The notes under the pieces are model-generated. The model was not told the origin of the DNA, searched no databases, and saw only the letters and a program-made list of their open reading frames with translations. Source: Selaginella moellendorffii (Eukaryota; Plantae; Lycopodiophyta). From it: a stretch of DNA of 64,000 bases. Shown one piece after another: positions 50,350 through 62,432 of this stretch. Position 1 is the stretch's first letter. The number at the start of each line of letters is the position of its first letter. The stretch lies in assembly GCF_000143415.4 (NCBI RefSeq), contig NW_003314442.1, positions 1 through 64,000 on the forward strand, in the 5' to 3' direction. Position numbers and translations under genes: made by a program.

Positions 50350-52833
50350 TCACTTGTACACTTTGATATTCTTCCCTAAGGCCGCGTACAGCTTGTTGCC
50401 TTTGTAGACCATCGACATTACTGCATCATCGCATGTAATGCTCTTCTTGACATCATCATCGTTGACATGCACCACCTATACAAACACACGCCACACAGAA
50501 TAAAAAAACAAAGCATGACAAATCCCAAGTGCAACCTTGATCGATTTGTCCCAGCCACCCGTACACAGACAGCCATCTGTAGAGATTGTGGCCAGGCACG
50601 ATATTGGTCCATCGTGAGGCCTGATGGAAGCATCGCATTTGCCATTCTTCCACACCTGTAACTCAAGTTGAGTTCAACCAAACAGAGCGCGAGCTATTTA
50701 CCTGAATGCCACCGTTGTCGAGACCACAGACAACAGCTTCATCGTCAGAAGAGATGGATAGTGCTCGGATAGGATCAGTTCCAACGTTTAAAACTCCAAC
50801 TGAGCCAAAGTCGCTACGAGACCAGATGCGGATGCAGCCATCCCAGCTTCCAGAATACAGAAGTCCTCCGCCTACTGCAAGAGTTGAGACCACTCCTCGG
50901 TGGCCACAGAACGTTCCCAAAAGGCTGTGCGTCTGCAAAACATTCCTGCACATTTATTTTTCTAGACATAGCTCTGCATACCTCTGTACACCACGCTTTG
51001 ACAAGCATGTCACCGCTGCCACTGTAGAGAACGCCGTCGTCCGAGATAACAAGAGACGCGACACCAGTGAACCGCCAGTCGTTGTGGTCTTGCCATTTAG
51101 CCACGGGATGCTTCTGAAACGGTTGCGAAAGTTTCCATACGCAGATAAGTCGACCGTAATCGCCAGTGTAGCACACCTGAGAAGCTTCGTCTACCGCTAG
51201 AGCTTGAATACGTTGAGGATGCTGGTCTTCCCAGCTCCAGAGCAGAGATTCATCCTAACATTCCGAAATCAACTGGACGCTTCAGAAGAAAGATTTTCTC
51301 TCACCTGCAAAGACCAGAGCCGCACAGTTTTATCAAAGGAGACGCTCACCAAATTCGCTCCTGCAGCAGCAGTAAACGCAGAGGCTAGGTTCAAAAGCTA
51401 GAAGTTGGTAAGACACAAAACTCACCGCAAAAAGCGAGGGAAGTGATGCAACCCGTGTGACCTTCGAGCGTTGTGGTCTCCTCAAGCTGCAGGTCTTGCT
51501 GCTCCTGGTCTTGGAAAACTTCCTCTTTCATCAACATGTCCAGTGCTTGAAGCCCGAAGCACCAGCTTATCTGCGCGGGCGGAGCGTCCTCTTCGTCATT
51601 GGTAACTGAAGTCTCTGGAGAACGCAGCAGCTTGAGATGGTGGCAAAACTCTTTCATGGTTGGCCTCTCATCCGGGTGCTCCGCAAGGCAACTCAGCAAA
51701 AACTCTTGAAACGGACTGTCACCATGTCCCGCGGCGCCAAGGAGTGTTCTTTTCTGCTTAACCTCATCGCAAGCTTGCTTGAATGACAGCGCTGGGCAGG
51801 GTCGATCGAGAATGAGGTGGAGGAGAAAGCATGCGAGCGACCATACATCGGATGACTCCTGGTTTTCGCTTTCCAAGGTCCCTGCCCCAGAGGAAAGTGC
51901 TACCAACATCTCTGGACTTGTGAAATGCCATGCTTCACGAGTAGTTTTGTCATCCACTAGACTCCGATGCATGGCACCACGAAGCTCCAGTGCCCCGTTC
52001 CAGTGCATAATGATGCGACCAAACTGGCTCACTTGGAACATCTCCATGCCAAAAATTCCCAGCACCATCCCTTGGGAGTGGATTTGCATCAGTATCTCGC
52101 ACAAGTCCGCGGCAGCATCGGCGAGGCGGCCTCCTTGGACATGGTGCGCAGAAAGGCTTGTCGACCCAAATGAGATGTTATTTACCAGGTAGAGCTTGCT
52201 ATGCTCGTCATTCAACCACACTCCCACAACTTTGCACGCCGCTTGGCACAGCGAAGCTACCCTCAACAGCGCTAATATCTCCTTTCTCGATCCCTGTGAA
52301 AGCCCCTGCTGCCAAAGCTTCATCGCCGCCTCTTCTCTGCGCAAATCATCCTTGCCAGCAAGAATGCTTCTCCATTTCCTGCTGCTCCCAAGGAGCAAGA
52401 AGAGCGAAACGCGAAGCCCATCACCTAGCTGCCCATGCAAGAGATCCCCGGACGAGCTTGAATCTGAGCTTGAGCTGACGCAAATAGAAACCAAACCTGG
52501 GAACGGGTGGAGGAGATCACGCAGCACAAACTGTCCAGCTCCTTCCACAGACAATGACGATGGAGCGACAGTAGCAGGCCGAGGACGACGACTCCTACCA
52601 GATAGTCGCAGCAGCTCAAAGTTCTTGGGGAGCGATGACGGATACGCAAGGGCCGTGACGTGAGAGCACTCGGGGCACCGAACAAACCGCTGCTGCTGCT
52701 GCTGTTGCCGGTCTCGAGCAAGGTGGACAACGCACTCCTGGCACAGCGTGTGGCCGCATCTTAAAACTCGCGGAACATGCTCCCCTTCCTCCTCAAAACC
52801 TTGGAGACAGACGCAGCATTCGGCCTCCTCCAT
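50350..52833 (-). CDS. RING finger + kinase-like + WD40 protein
   Basis: RING-HC CCVC...PRVLRCGHTLCQEC...CPEC..LPKN. Kinase-like lobe SPEM...SDVWSLAC...HPDERP. WD repeats GHTGCIT..SFDKTVRLW and GHRGVV..SGSWDGCIRIW. Confidence 0.85.
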
Positions 52834-52854
52834 CGAACTTTACCTAAACTCTTC

Positions 52855-54965
52855 TCAGTCCCAGGCAACTTGAGCGTTTGACTTGGTACAGTCGAAGGGA
52901 CCCAGTTGCGTTCCATTCTTTCGAACCTGCCAGGACATGACGGCTTGATCACCCAGCCACGAAGATCAAAATACCAGCACCACGTACCGGAGACCACGGG
53001 CCTGGCTGAGGTTCTGCTTTATTGGGAGGCGAATGTTGTACTGGTCCGGGCTTGAGAATGTTTCCATCCTACAGAGTTCCAGATGCATTCCAGTTAGTAC
53101 TCTGTAAAATAAACAAGAATTCAACCTCTTTGATCGCTTCAGCTGACGACTCTGTCGATGCTCCATCACAGCTAGTAGCTATCCAAATTTTCTTCTTCTC
53201 CTGCACAGGCGACGCCAAACGGCCGACAGCCCTCTTTGCAAACGCGAAGAACGAGCCCTTCTCTTTGGCTACGCTGGGACCAGAATTTAGCAAACCACCG
53301 TTCACTCCCAACGGACTTTTAGTAGCTGAAGGAACGGGGCCGTCCTTCAAACTTGACTCGCTGTTCTCGTCTGTATGTCCCTTTTTCTTTAAGTTCTCCT
53401 GTTCCCCTGATATTACCTTGCGTAAGTGCGGGGCTGACGGAATAGCCGAAGAAACGCGCTCGATGCTAGCTGTTGACGGCGGCTTTCCTTTAGGCAAACC
53501 ATGCGGCTTTGTTTTGGAGCTCGGCATACCAGGAGGGATTCTAACTGCAGCCCTGGTAGCATAGTGATGTGTTGGTCTTCCCTGCATTGTGACGAAAGAA
53601 AGAGTCAAGTCAGCGAATACTTGTAAGAACTAACTCACAGCATCAAAAAATCCGAGTTTGGGAGATGGCATCTTCAGTGCAGTTGGCTTTGATCGCGAGT
53701 CCTCTGACAATAGCGCGTTTGTTTTTGTCTGATCCTTCTTCAAACTCGAAACGTATCCCGTGTCCAAATCTTCTAGAATCTCATCATGAGCATCGGATAC
53801 TGAGCAGGATTGCAACGAGCAGCTCGGCTCCCCTTCACTTGTGACTGAGACGTCGCTGGACAAACGCACTGCCGAGGATCTTTCTGCTGTGAACGCATCA
53901 GTATGCCCTGTGACAGAGGAAGCCATCAGTAACCAATACATATTCATGATGAGTGCGAACCTGGAAGAACTCTCCCCAGTGTATCTTTAACTCTCCTAGA
54001 AACGGAGGTTACTCTCTTGCCCAAGTTAGATTCCTTCTGCGGCTTTAATGGACGAGGAATAGTCTTTCTCTCGTCTGTGTGAAGAGTTAAAGGAAGTTTG
54101 ATCGAAAAAATCACAAGAAAGAAGCTGAAAAAGGATATGTGAATGTACTGGGAAGTCGTAACCGAGTGCCCTTTTGAATAGCAGATTCTATCGCTTTTTT
54201 TGCAGGAGCGCACCTGGGAACCACTGGACTCGGCAAGCCCTGAAACATATATAAGGCATTGGCATACAAATAAAGCTCCAAACTTACAGAGATGTCTCGA
54301 GCAGACTCGTCCGGCCCCTGAATGATCGATATGTCTAAGAACAAGTAAAAAGAACATGAGTCTCATACAGCAAGGAACGGAAAAACATACCAAGCGGCTT
54401 AGAACGGCTGTCGAATCTTTCAGAAAAACATTTCACTCGCAAACTGTCCCTGTTGGAATTCTTCTCCACGCTTGTGTTGCACTCGTCGTGTAAACTGGAC
54501 TTTACTTCAAGAGTGGGTAGCTCCGGCAGCTTCTTGGGTGATGATCGCGTTGGTATGGGAAGCTCGTCCGGATCCAAAACACCTGGAGCGTGCTACACAT
54601 TCGATGTAAAATTCAGGTGCGCAGCACGAAAAATTCACCTTCGCCAGTGAGAAAGGCCTTATCCCACGCAAGACTCTTCCTCAAGTTATGGTACTTCTTG
54701 ATTTTTCGAACTGGAGGAACCGGAGCCACAACAGGAGCATCCTCGACCGTGACATCTAGAAGCCAGAGAAATGGGGGATCCAGGGAAAAGACTTCAAATT
54801 TTGCCTACCTCGAGATCCCTGATTCCGCATTTCCGGTGGCGGATCGTCGTCCTCCATAACAACAGGACAAGAAGAAGCTGCGGCACTACCCGGCAGAAGA
54901 CTGTCGTCCTCAATCGACATGTCGAGGATGGAGAGCCTGTCCCGCCGACGCGCCTTGCCCGCCAT
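52855..54965 (-). CDS. Uncharacterised plant protein (LRKSLAWD...GVLDPDEL / PSPKLGFFD / GPFDCTK family)
   Basis: Multi-exon. Conserved-looking motifs LSILDMSIEDDSLL, NLRKSLAWDKAFLT, KPTALKMPSPKLGFFD and terminal PWSP|VRKNGTQLGPFDCTK. Confidence 0.75.
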
Positions 54966-55825
54966 AGCTGCGCTCTCCCCTTCGCCTCTCCTAGCAATCC
55001 GACCTAAACCAACGAGCGGGAAGTGCCGTACATGTTAACGTTACAATTTTTATTCCTCCACTTATTTCTATGCTCTATGATTAGAACTAAACTAATTAAA
55101 ACGATGCTGCTCTGTAAATCGCGCGTTTCGAACCCTGCTCCTGTCGAAATGCCATCTGGATTTCTGGATGGATCTTTCCCTTTTTCAGCTGACTTAAAGT
55201 ATTTTTAAATGCATTAAAAAGTAGAATGTGCTATGGAACACTTGGTTTGCTTTAGATTTTTAACATTTTCTCTAAGCATGTGATCAAATGCAATTTAGCA
55301 AGCTAAGGTCAAATTCAACAGCTTGAGCTTGCTAAGGTCAAATTCAACAGCATGTAAAGACCATATAGCTTTTTGTCTCTATTATTTGGTATTTGATCTA
55401 AATGACAAAGTTATGAGGAGAATGCTTGCCTTCTGGTGGTGCAGCCGCCAATGGTGTTGAGCTTCTCCATACTTAGTGATGACTATAGATGTGTCTTCTA
55501 TACATCCACCACACCTCTCCTACACTCAAAAGATAAGATTCTATGTCTTGACTTGAGCTGTATAGAAAGCACATAGTATAAATTCCTTTTGGTCATCTTC
55601 TGGCCTAATAACCATTGGTAAGGAAGTGTCACAAACACAAATAAATTCCAAGATGAAGGTGAGTCTTTTTAACTTTGACATTTTGCCCTTTGTAAACCAC
55701 AAGATCTATTAATGTTATTGCCAATAAGCTGGTTTTACATGAGTTGTTTTGCTTCTTGCAAGCATGATCTGATGGATAAATTTTAACACAATTTTAAATT
55801 GAAGATTATCCTAAATTATACTTGG

Positions 55826-55954
55826 ATGAGGGGCTTGGCACCCAAACTACCATTGACCTATGCCTCCATGTTTATTAGTGACTTCTCCTTGATCAGATTC
55901 CCCTATGTAGCTAGATTTTTCTCTAAGGATGTCATCTTGGAGCTAGTTTATACT
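55826..55954 (+). pseudogene. nad5: Second nad5-derived fragment
   Basis: MRGLAPKLPLTYASMFISDFSLIRFPYVARFFSKDVILELVYT matches Nad5 MGGLA..FPLTYA.M.IGSLSLIGFPF..GFYSKDVILELAYT. Confidence 0.8.
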
Positions 55955-57419
55955 CACTTTGATGGGGATACTAGCTGGAGGGAGGTAGTGTTTGGCTCTA
56001 CTCCTATCCAGAGGGCATCATTGGTAGACTTTAGGGGAGTAGAAAAGTAGTGAGACACAGCACTATGCCGGTCTCCTTGCATATGGCTCTCAATCCCATG
56101 AGTGGAAGAGATGCACCAAATGTCATGGTTATCCCCTTCGTCATCCTCTTTAGTCATTAAATTCCTTTCTAGAGTTCCCAATCGGCCCTTTATCCCTCTC
56201 CACCCAATGCAATCCCACCTCTGGCTGTGGGTTGCCCCACCAAAACCCTCCCACCCCATTGGGGTTGGCCGGCCATTGGCTATGTTTTTACAAGCACTCT
56301 AGAGAGTTATTTTTTATTCAAGTTCTAGATAGCAAAGTCTCAAAAAATCCAACAAATAGTAGTAGTTGATTTATCCAGAATAAAGAATACCACAAAGAGG
56401 TGTTACAAAATTTTGAAGTTATTTAGAAGTTTTGAAAATGTCTATTCAAGTAGTCATAGTTTTATAAACACTAATATAAAATGGAAGACTACTTGAAACA
56501 AAAGAATATAAAAAAAAATTATTAGCAAAAAGAAATACTTATATTATCCTTTCTATATTGGCTTTTCCTTTCTTGTGTTATCATTTGTTCACTTTTTTAC
56601 TTTTTTTATACTGTTAATTCTTTATTTTCTTCCCTTTCCTAAACTCAAATCTTTTTGTCTCTGCTTTTTTCCTTCCTTTAATACCTCCTTTAATCATTAT
56701 CTTTCTTATTTTGGTTACTTTTGTCCTCTTTCTCCCTTAATTTTTTTTGTTCTCCTTTTTTAGTTTTTCTTTGTGCTCCTCCCTTTTATCATCTTCACTT
56801 TTGTCTAAGTTATCTTTGTACTCCTCCTCTCTTGGTTTTTTCTTGTTCTCCTCCTCCTTTAGTATCTCACTTTGGTACTTTTTTTTGAACATTGATCCAC
56901 TTGGTTGTTCAATAGCTAAAGTATTGCCCAATTCATGATAGATGTACTTTGAGAAGCAAGTACAAAAAAAACTATATTAAAACTTACCCTCTTGAATAAT
57001 AATTCTTCTATTATAATTAGTCATTACTTTTGTAGCAATGAATTCTAATCCAATAGGATTAGAAAACAAACTACCAAACCAATGGATTTAGCCATCTCCA
57101 TCCTTAACAATATAAATGTTTTTAGATATAACAATAGTTTTCCCTAAAATAAAAACCAAATTTAAAACTAAGAAAATAAAAGTTTACCTATACAATAACT
57201 CTTAAACTTTTCCTTTATGATTTTTATAACCTTATTATTTTTGCCAATTATGTTGGTAACTTTGGAAGTGAGTGCTAGCACTACAAGGTTTGAACTTTGA
57301 TAAACATATTATTTAATGAACTCTAAAGTATCAAAAACATTAAAGATTTCACTCGAAGTGGCAAAATGACTACTAAATAGTGCATTTTATAAGGTCTCCT
57401 TTTCAAAAAAGCTTTCAAG

Positions 57420-57940
57420 TGCACTATAAGAGAAGTTTATAAGAAAGCAAAACAATATTAAAAAAAAGTTTTATAGTTCATGCATTCTTTTGTTATAAGC
57501 CACTTTGCTACTACTACCACTAGAAGAAGAACAACACAATTGGCTTTGGAAAAAAAAAAAAACAACACTTACATATCTTAGATGAAAAAACCACATCTAT
57601 ATATCTTTATGGTAAATAGTGCCAATGCCACCAATACTAATAGCCTTGCTCATGTAAAAGAAGTTTTATAAGAAAGCAAAACAATCTAATAAAACCTCTA
57701 ACAATTCATATTCTAACACTTACAAAAACAAAATTAGAGGGTAGTGCCAATAGTACCTTTATAACTAGGCTTCCTATAAAAAAAGTTTATGAGAAAATAA
57801 GAAAATAACAAAAACAACTCTTATAGTTCATATATTCTTTCCTTATAAATCATTCTAACTCCAATGACACTGCCACCACTGGAAAAATAGTGCAATTAGC
57901 TTCAAAAGGAAAAAAAAAAACTATACTTACATATCTCGAT
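57420..57940. repeat. Degenerate AT-rich internal repeats
   Basis: AAGTTTATAAGAAAGCAAAACAAT-like blocks recur at ~57431, 57660 and 57782. AAAAAAAAAA..ACTTACATATCT recurs at ~57550 and 57910. Confidence 0.6.
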
Positions 57941-58626
57941 GATTACACCATAACTAACTCTACCATAGTGATCCCTACACCCTTCAATTTCTCCCAACCC
58001 TCCACTATTGGTTACAATATAGTTACCACCTTAATCATGACTCATTGACCCACTAAGGGTGATAGAAATGATATAAACACTAACAATTGCCTTTGCCACC
58101 AAACTCGACAAGGAACTATTACTTGCCATCCCAACTAGCACTAACACTAACACTATCAAATCAATTGAATCATCACCCTAATCAATGGAACTCATACTAC
58201 ATTTGGCCACCTAAAGGTTTAGAAATGAAAGGTAAAGCACAAACATTGCCACTACAAAGGTGCCAAAATTCACTAATAGTTCAGTTTTAGTTTTAGTTTT
58301 GCTCACTTTATAAAGAAATTTTACCTTCCAATTACACAAACACCGTTTTGACCCTTGCCTGCCACTTGGAACCACTATAGTCACCTCCAACAGTGTCAAT
58401 TCCCAAGGCTATAAGCACTATCCTTGACAAAGAACCATGACTAGTGTAGTAAAGTTTCCTAATCTTGCTGTGGGGAGACTGATGGCTAGGAATTGTGTAT
58501 ATGCATAGCAAAAAAGCTTATTGGGTCCTTAGATCTATATCTAGATCACTAACACTTTTACTAACTTTGTGCTTCTGTGTTCTTGGTAGAGCTTGCCATG
58601 CAACTAGCTATATAACAAAATATCCA

Positions 58627-59657
58627 TGTAAGCTCCTAAGTCTGGACTTCCCGGGAGGTCACTTAACCTAGTACTATTCAAACCCAAGGCTACTTGGGGT
58701 TTAGGGTAGAAACCTAAAACCTTTAACCGATTGAAAAATGAGGTGCATTTTTATTCATAAGCCCTTTCCCTCTATATTTGAACCCTATAAACTGTCTCTC
58801 AAGTCATTCTCTTTGGTTGCTTACAATCCACCACACTTCTCTACAAATTCACGCCCTCGTGAACAGAAGCTAAGAGCCGCAACTCTCCTGAGAGCCCTGC
58901 TCTCTTAACACCCTACCCCTTGAGTTGAGCCTAGCGGGAGCAAATTGGACCAGTCAGATGTCAATCAATATGTGGTGTGATTCCCCTAGCCAACTAATAG
59001 AGTCAGACCTGCCCCTCAGGAGCAAACTAGACTAGCCAAATGTCAATCAATATGTGGTGTGATTCCCCTAGCCAACCAACAGACAGGAGAGCCCTGCTCT
59101 CCTGACACCCTACCCCTCGGGTCGAGCCCAATAGGAGCAAACTGGACCAACCAAATGTCCTCGGGTCGAGCCCAGCAGGAGCAAATTGGACCAGCCAGAT
59201 GTCAATCAATATATGGTGTGATTCCCCTAGCCAACCAACAGAGTCAGACCCACCCTTCGGGAGCAAACTGGACTAGCCAAATGTCAATCAATATGTGGTG
59301 TGATTCCCTTAGTCAACTAGATGTCAATTAATATGTGGTGTGATTCCCCTAACCAACCAACAGAATCAGACCCACCCCTCGAGAGCAAATTGGACCAACC
59401 AAATGTCAATCAATATATGGTGTGATTCCCTTAGTCAACCAATAAAGTTGGACCCAAGACCCCTCTAATACCAAATGTAAGCTCTTGAGTCTGAACTTCC
59501 CAAGAGGTCACCCAGCGTAGTACTATTCAAACCCAAGGATAATTAACCTTAAGTATCCCAAAACCCTTGACTGATTAGAAAAGCGGGTGCACTTTTATTC
59601 ATGGGCCCTTTCCTTTTATATTTGAACCCTATGGACCGTCTTTTAAGTTGTTCTCTA
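58627..59657 (-). mobile_element. TRIM-like non-autonomous LTR retrotransposon
   Basis: LTR 58627-58910 (TGTAAG...TTAACA) and a truncated second LTR from 59476 (TGTAAGCTC...). PBS-like TGGTATTAGAG on the minus strand at 59463-59473. PPT AGGGGTAGGG on the minus strand at 58911-58920. The internal region is non-coding. Confidence 0.85.
58937..59450. repeat. Tandem ~80-bp repeats inside the TRIM
   Basis: About 6 full or partial copies of GAGCAAA(C/T)TGGAC..GCCAGATGTCAATCAATATGTGGTGTGATTCCCCTAGCCAACCAA. Confidence 0.9.
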
Positions 59658-60100
59658 TGTAGGCTAATAAAGATGAGTTCGTTATTTACCCCTTTCTAAG
59701 TAGTAGATACCTTCAACTATTTCCAATGGTATTCCCAAATTCCTCAAGATATCTATTGTCCTTTAATGTAAATTTTTTCATGTCACACCTTAGATCAAGC
59801 CACATCAATCAAAATAGAACTTCAACTTAGACAACACAATCAAAAGAATAGTTAATTTTCTTGACTTAGAAGGTGTTATGAAGCTCTTTAATTAGATCAA
59901 AGTATTGATCCTTGGTATTTATCAAGCTATTCTTGGTCATTGCTTCATGCTTGCTTGTTATGGAAGCTAGGGCATGCTAAATAGCATTCCTTCACAACAT
60001 GTATTTGATATGCAAAATTTGTCAAATGACAGTTGTATTGTCTAGCATTTAGTGAAGTAGCCATAGCCCAAGGCCCACAAGTTGTTGAAATGGGGCATTA

Positions 60101-62142
60101 GGGTGGGGTCTATGTTTCACCTTGGGGGGAAATTTTCCATGGGGGAGAAATTAAACCCTAGATTCCATGCCTCTGCTTAATGACATAATACCCAAGGGGG
60201 CCCCTTTAAATTTCTCCTAGAGCTTGAAACCTAGTAAAATACACAAATAAAATAATGACATATGGTTAAATTACCACATCATTTAAAAATTTTATTTACT
60301 CTAATTTGCCACCATATGAATATGTGAGTTCTTGGAGGGCCTTAGGAAGGATTTTTGCAACAATTTGAGAAGGAAGTTTGCAAGAAATGAAGAATCACTC
60401 ACCTTCACCTCATCCATAGTCACAATTTAGCTTTTTTTTTAGTTCACTAATAGGTTAAATTCATGTAAGTATTAAATTTTGTAATTCTAAAGTTTTGTTT
60501 ATTTTTCTTAATGTTCAGGGAGGAAAGGGCTCTTTGTGTAATGTTATTCTGGAATCTATGCCAAATGTAGCCATGATCTAGATACTTTTCATTTTCTCTT
60601 TGGTTTTAGTCTTTTGTTTAGCAAAATTTGCAATGGTTTTTAGCGCAGCATTCCTACATGCAATCCAATGATTGAATTTATTCCAAGTATTTTTGCAATG
60701 CAAGCTAGCTTCAATTCCTTAAACTATGCATTTTTTTCCAATTATTTTTCTATTTTAATTACAAGTACAATATCCTATAAGGGAAACCATCATATTTTAG
60801 TAGTGAGTTTACTACAAGGATGAAAAAGGATATAAAGCTTCTTTATACATTAATGAAGGCCTCTATAATGTTATGGATGACACAGTTGAGAGTTAATATT
60901 TTAAGTAGCCACCGAGTTAATACATCTATGGGTTCCACAATTGCACCAAACTATAATAAGTTCATTTAGATTTATTGATTGACTTTTTATTTCTCTTTTT
61001 CCTAGAGACAAACACAGCTACAGATCCAGATGCAAATGCTATATTTGAGATACAAGATCCTAAAGATGTTAAGAAGGACATTTCAGAAGTATAAGTTGGC
61101 AAAAAAAAAAGTTTCAATAGCTATAGGGAAATAAAACAAATGCACTCCAAAGTGATTTGATAGTCTTCTTGAGTGAAGTGATGAGCAAAAGAAAGTAATG
61201 ATGCAAAAACTTCAAGATAGCAATATATAAATGATGGAAAAAATAAAGGCAATTGATAATCGACACCACCAAACTTCATTTGTGGCTACAGATAAAAGTG
61301 TAAATAAATATAGAGAGAGATACAATGGTGGGAATGAAGTCTTACTATTTACCATGGCTTGAACTACCATCAAGTAGTACTTTTTTGCCTTAGCATACCA
61401 ATTTATTGCATCCTATATCCTGAGAGCTCGATTACAATGTAAATGCAATCCATTATACCATAACAGTTTGGGAATCTACACAATCTTTGAAATCCTATTG
61501 TAACTTCATTAATTCCCTCTTCATCCGGTCAATGGATCATTAGTCCTTCATACTCAAGTAATGGATATTTGAAACAGTATAAACAAGCTTGCATAGTGTA
61601 TGAAGCCACTCCAAATACATCACTAATTGTTCACCATATATCCCTGGATGCCAAATGTTTTAAAGCCATAACTACTTACTTTGAAATATGCAAATGCCAC
61701 TCTAGTATTTCTATTGAACCTAGAGGAGAAATTTTGAAGCAAGCTCATCATAAAGAAAAGTGAATATAAATATTGAAATCCAAAAAACTTCTCTGAACCT
61801 TTATGGATCTATATGGAGAACTTCAAACTCTATTTGATGCCACTAGTGGAGACTCTTGTAGTAGGATATAGTATGAAAAACACTATAGCAATTGCTTCCT
61901 CCACCATTCAAATGAATAAAAGCTTTCTTGAAACTGGAATTAAGATTATGTCCTCTTCTTCCAGAAAAAACAACTTTACCAAATTTAAGTATTTCATCAA
62001 TAACATAGGAAATGATCAGCAAAGAAGAATTGCTGAGCTGTGGCATGTGCACTCAATTTAGGGCAAACCAAAATTATGACATGGAAATAAAAAAGCTGGG
62101 AAGTTGTTTTTGAGAAATTTCCTGGAGCATGGAACCCCACCC
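60101..62142 (-). mobile_element. Degenerate PIF/Harbinger DNA transposon
   Basis: TTA target-site duplication at 60098-60100 and 62143-62145. TIRs GGGTGGGGTCTATG.. and reverse-complement GGGTGGGGTTCCATG. Minus-strand transposase remnant ALKHLAS...DVFGVA...PDEEGINEVTIGFQRLCRFPNCYGIMDCIYI at ~61420-61700. Confidence 0.88.
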
Positions 62143-62432
62143 TTATAACAAAATAGTTAAACCACATTGCTGCAGCAAATTATTTTATTGGTGCTTCTAG
62201 AAACTTGTGGGATTCATTGGAGAACAGGGAAAGAGTAGCATTCTTGTTTTCTTGTACGATGATGGAGGAAGGTCGTTTGATGCTGCTGCATACCTGTACG
62301 AGGTACTGCTTGAGCAGCAAGCAGCAGTAGAAATTTGCGAGTTCTGAAACAAAGGTGCGCATTTCCATCAAAATATGCCCTATATCCAAAACTACAGAGT
62401 TTGGTCTAGGTCTCTCTTTCGCTGATTGAGAT

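Noticed and set aside
56575-56938. Lys/Glu-rich and Phe/Leu-rich ORFs
   Set aside because: Low-complexity purine/pyrimidine-skewed repeat DNA.
58330-58405. Possible MULE terminal inverted repeat (…GTGTCAATTCCC)
   Set aside because: No matching partner TIR or TSD found by eye.
58937-59450. Repeat array resembling CRISPR
   Set aside because: The intervening sequences are themselves repeated, there are no cas genes, and it sits between eukaryotic LTRs.
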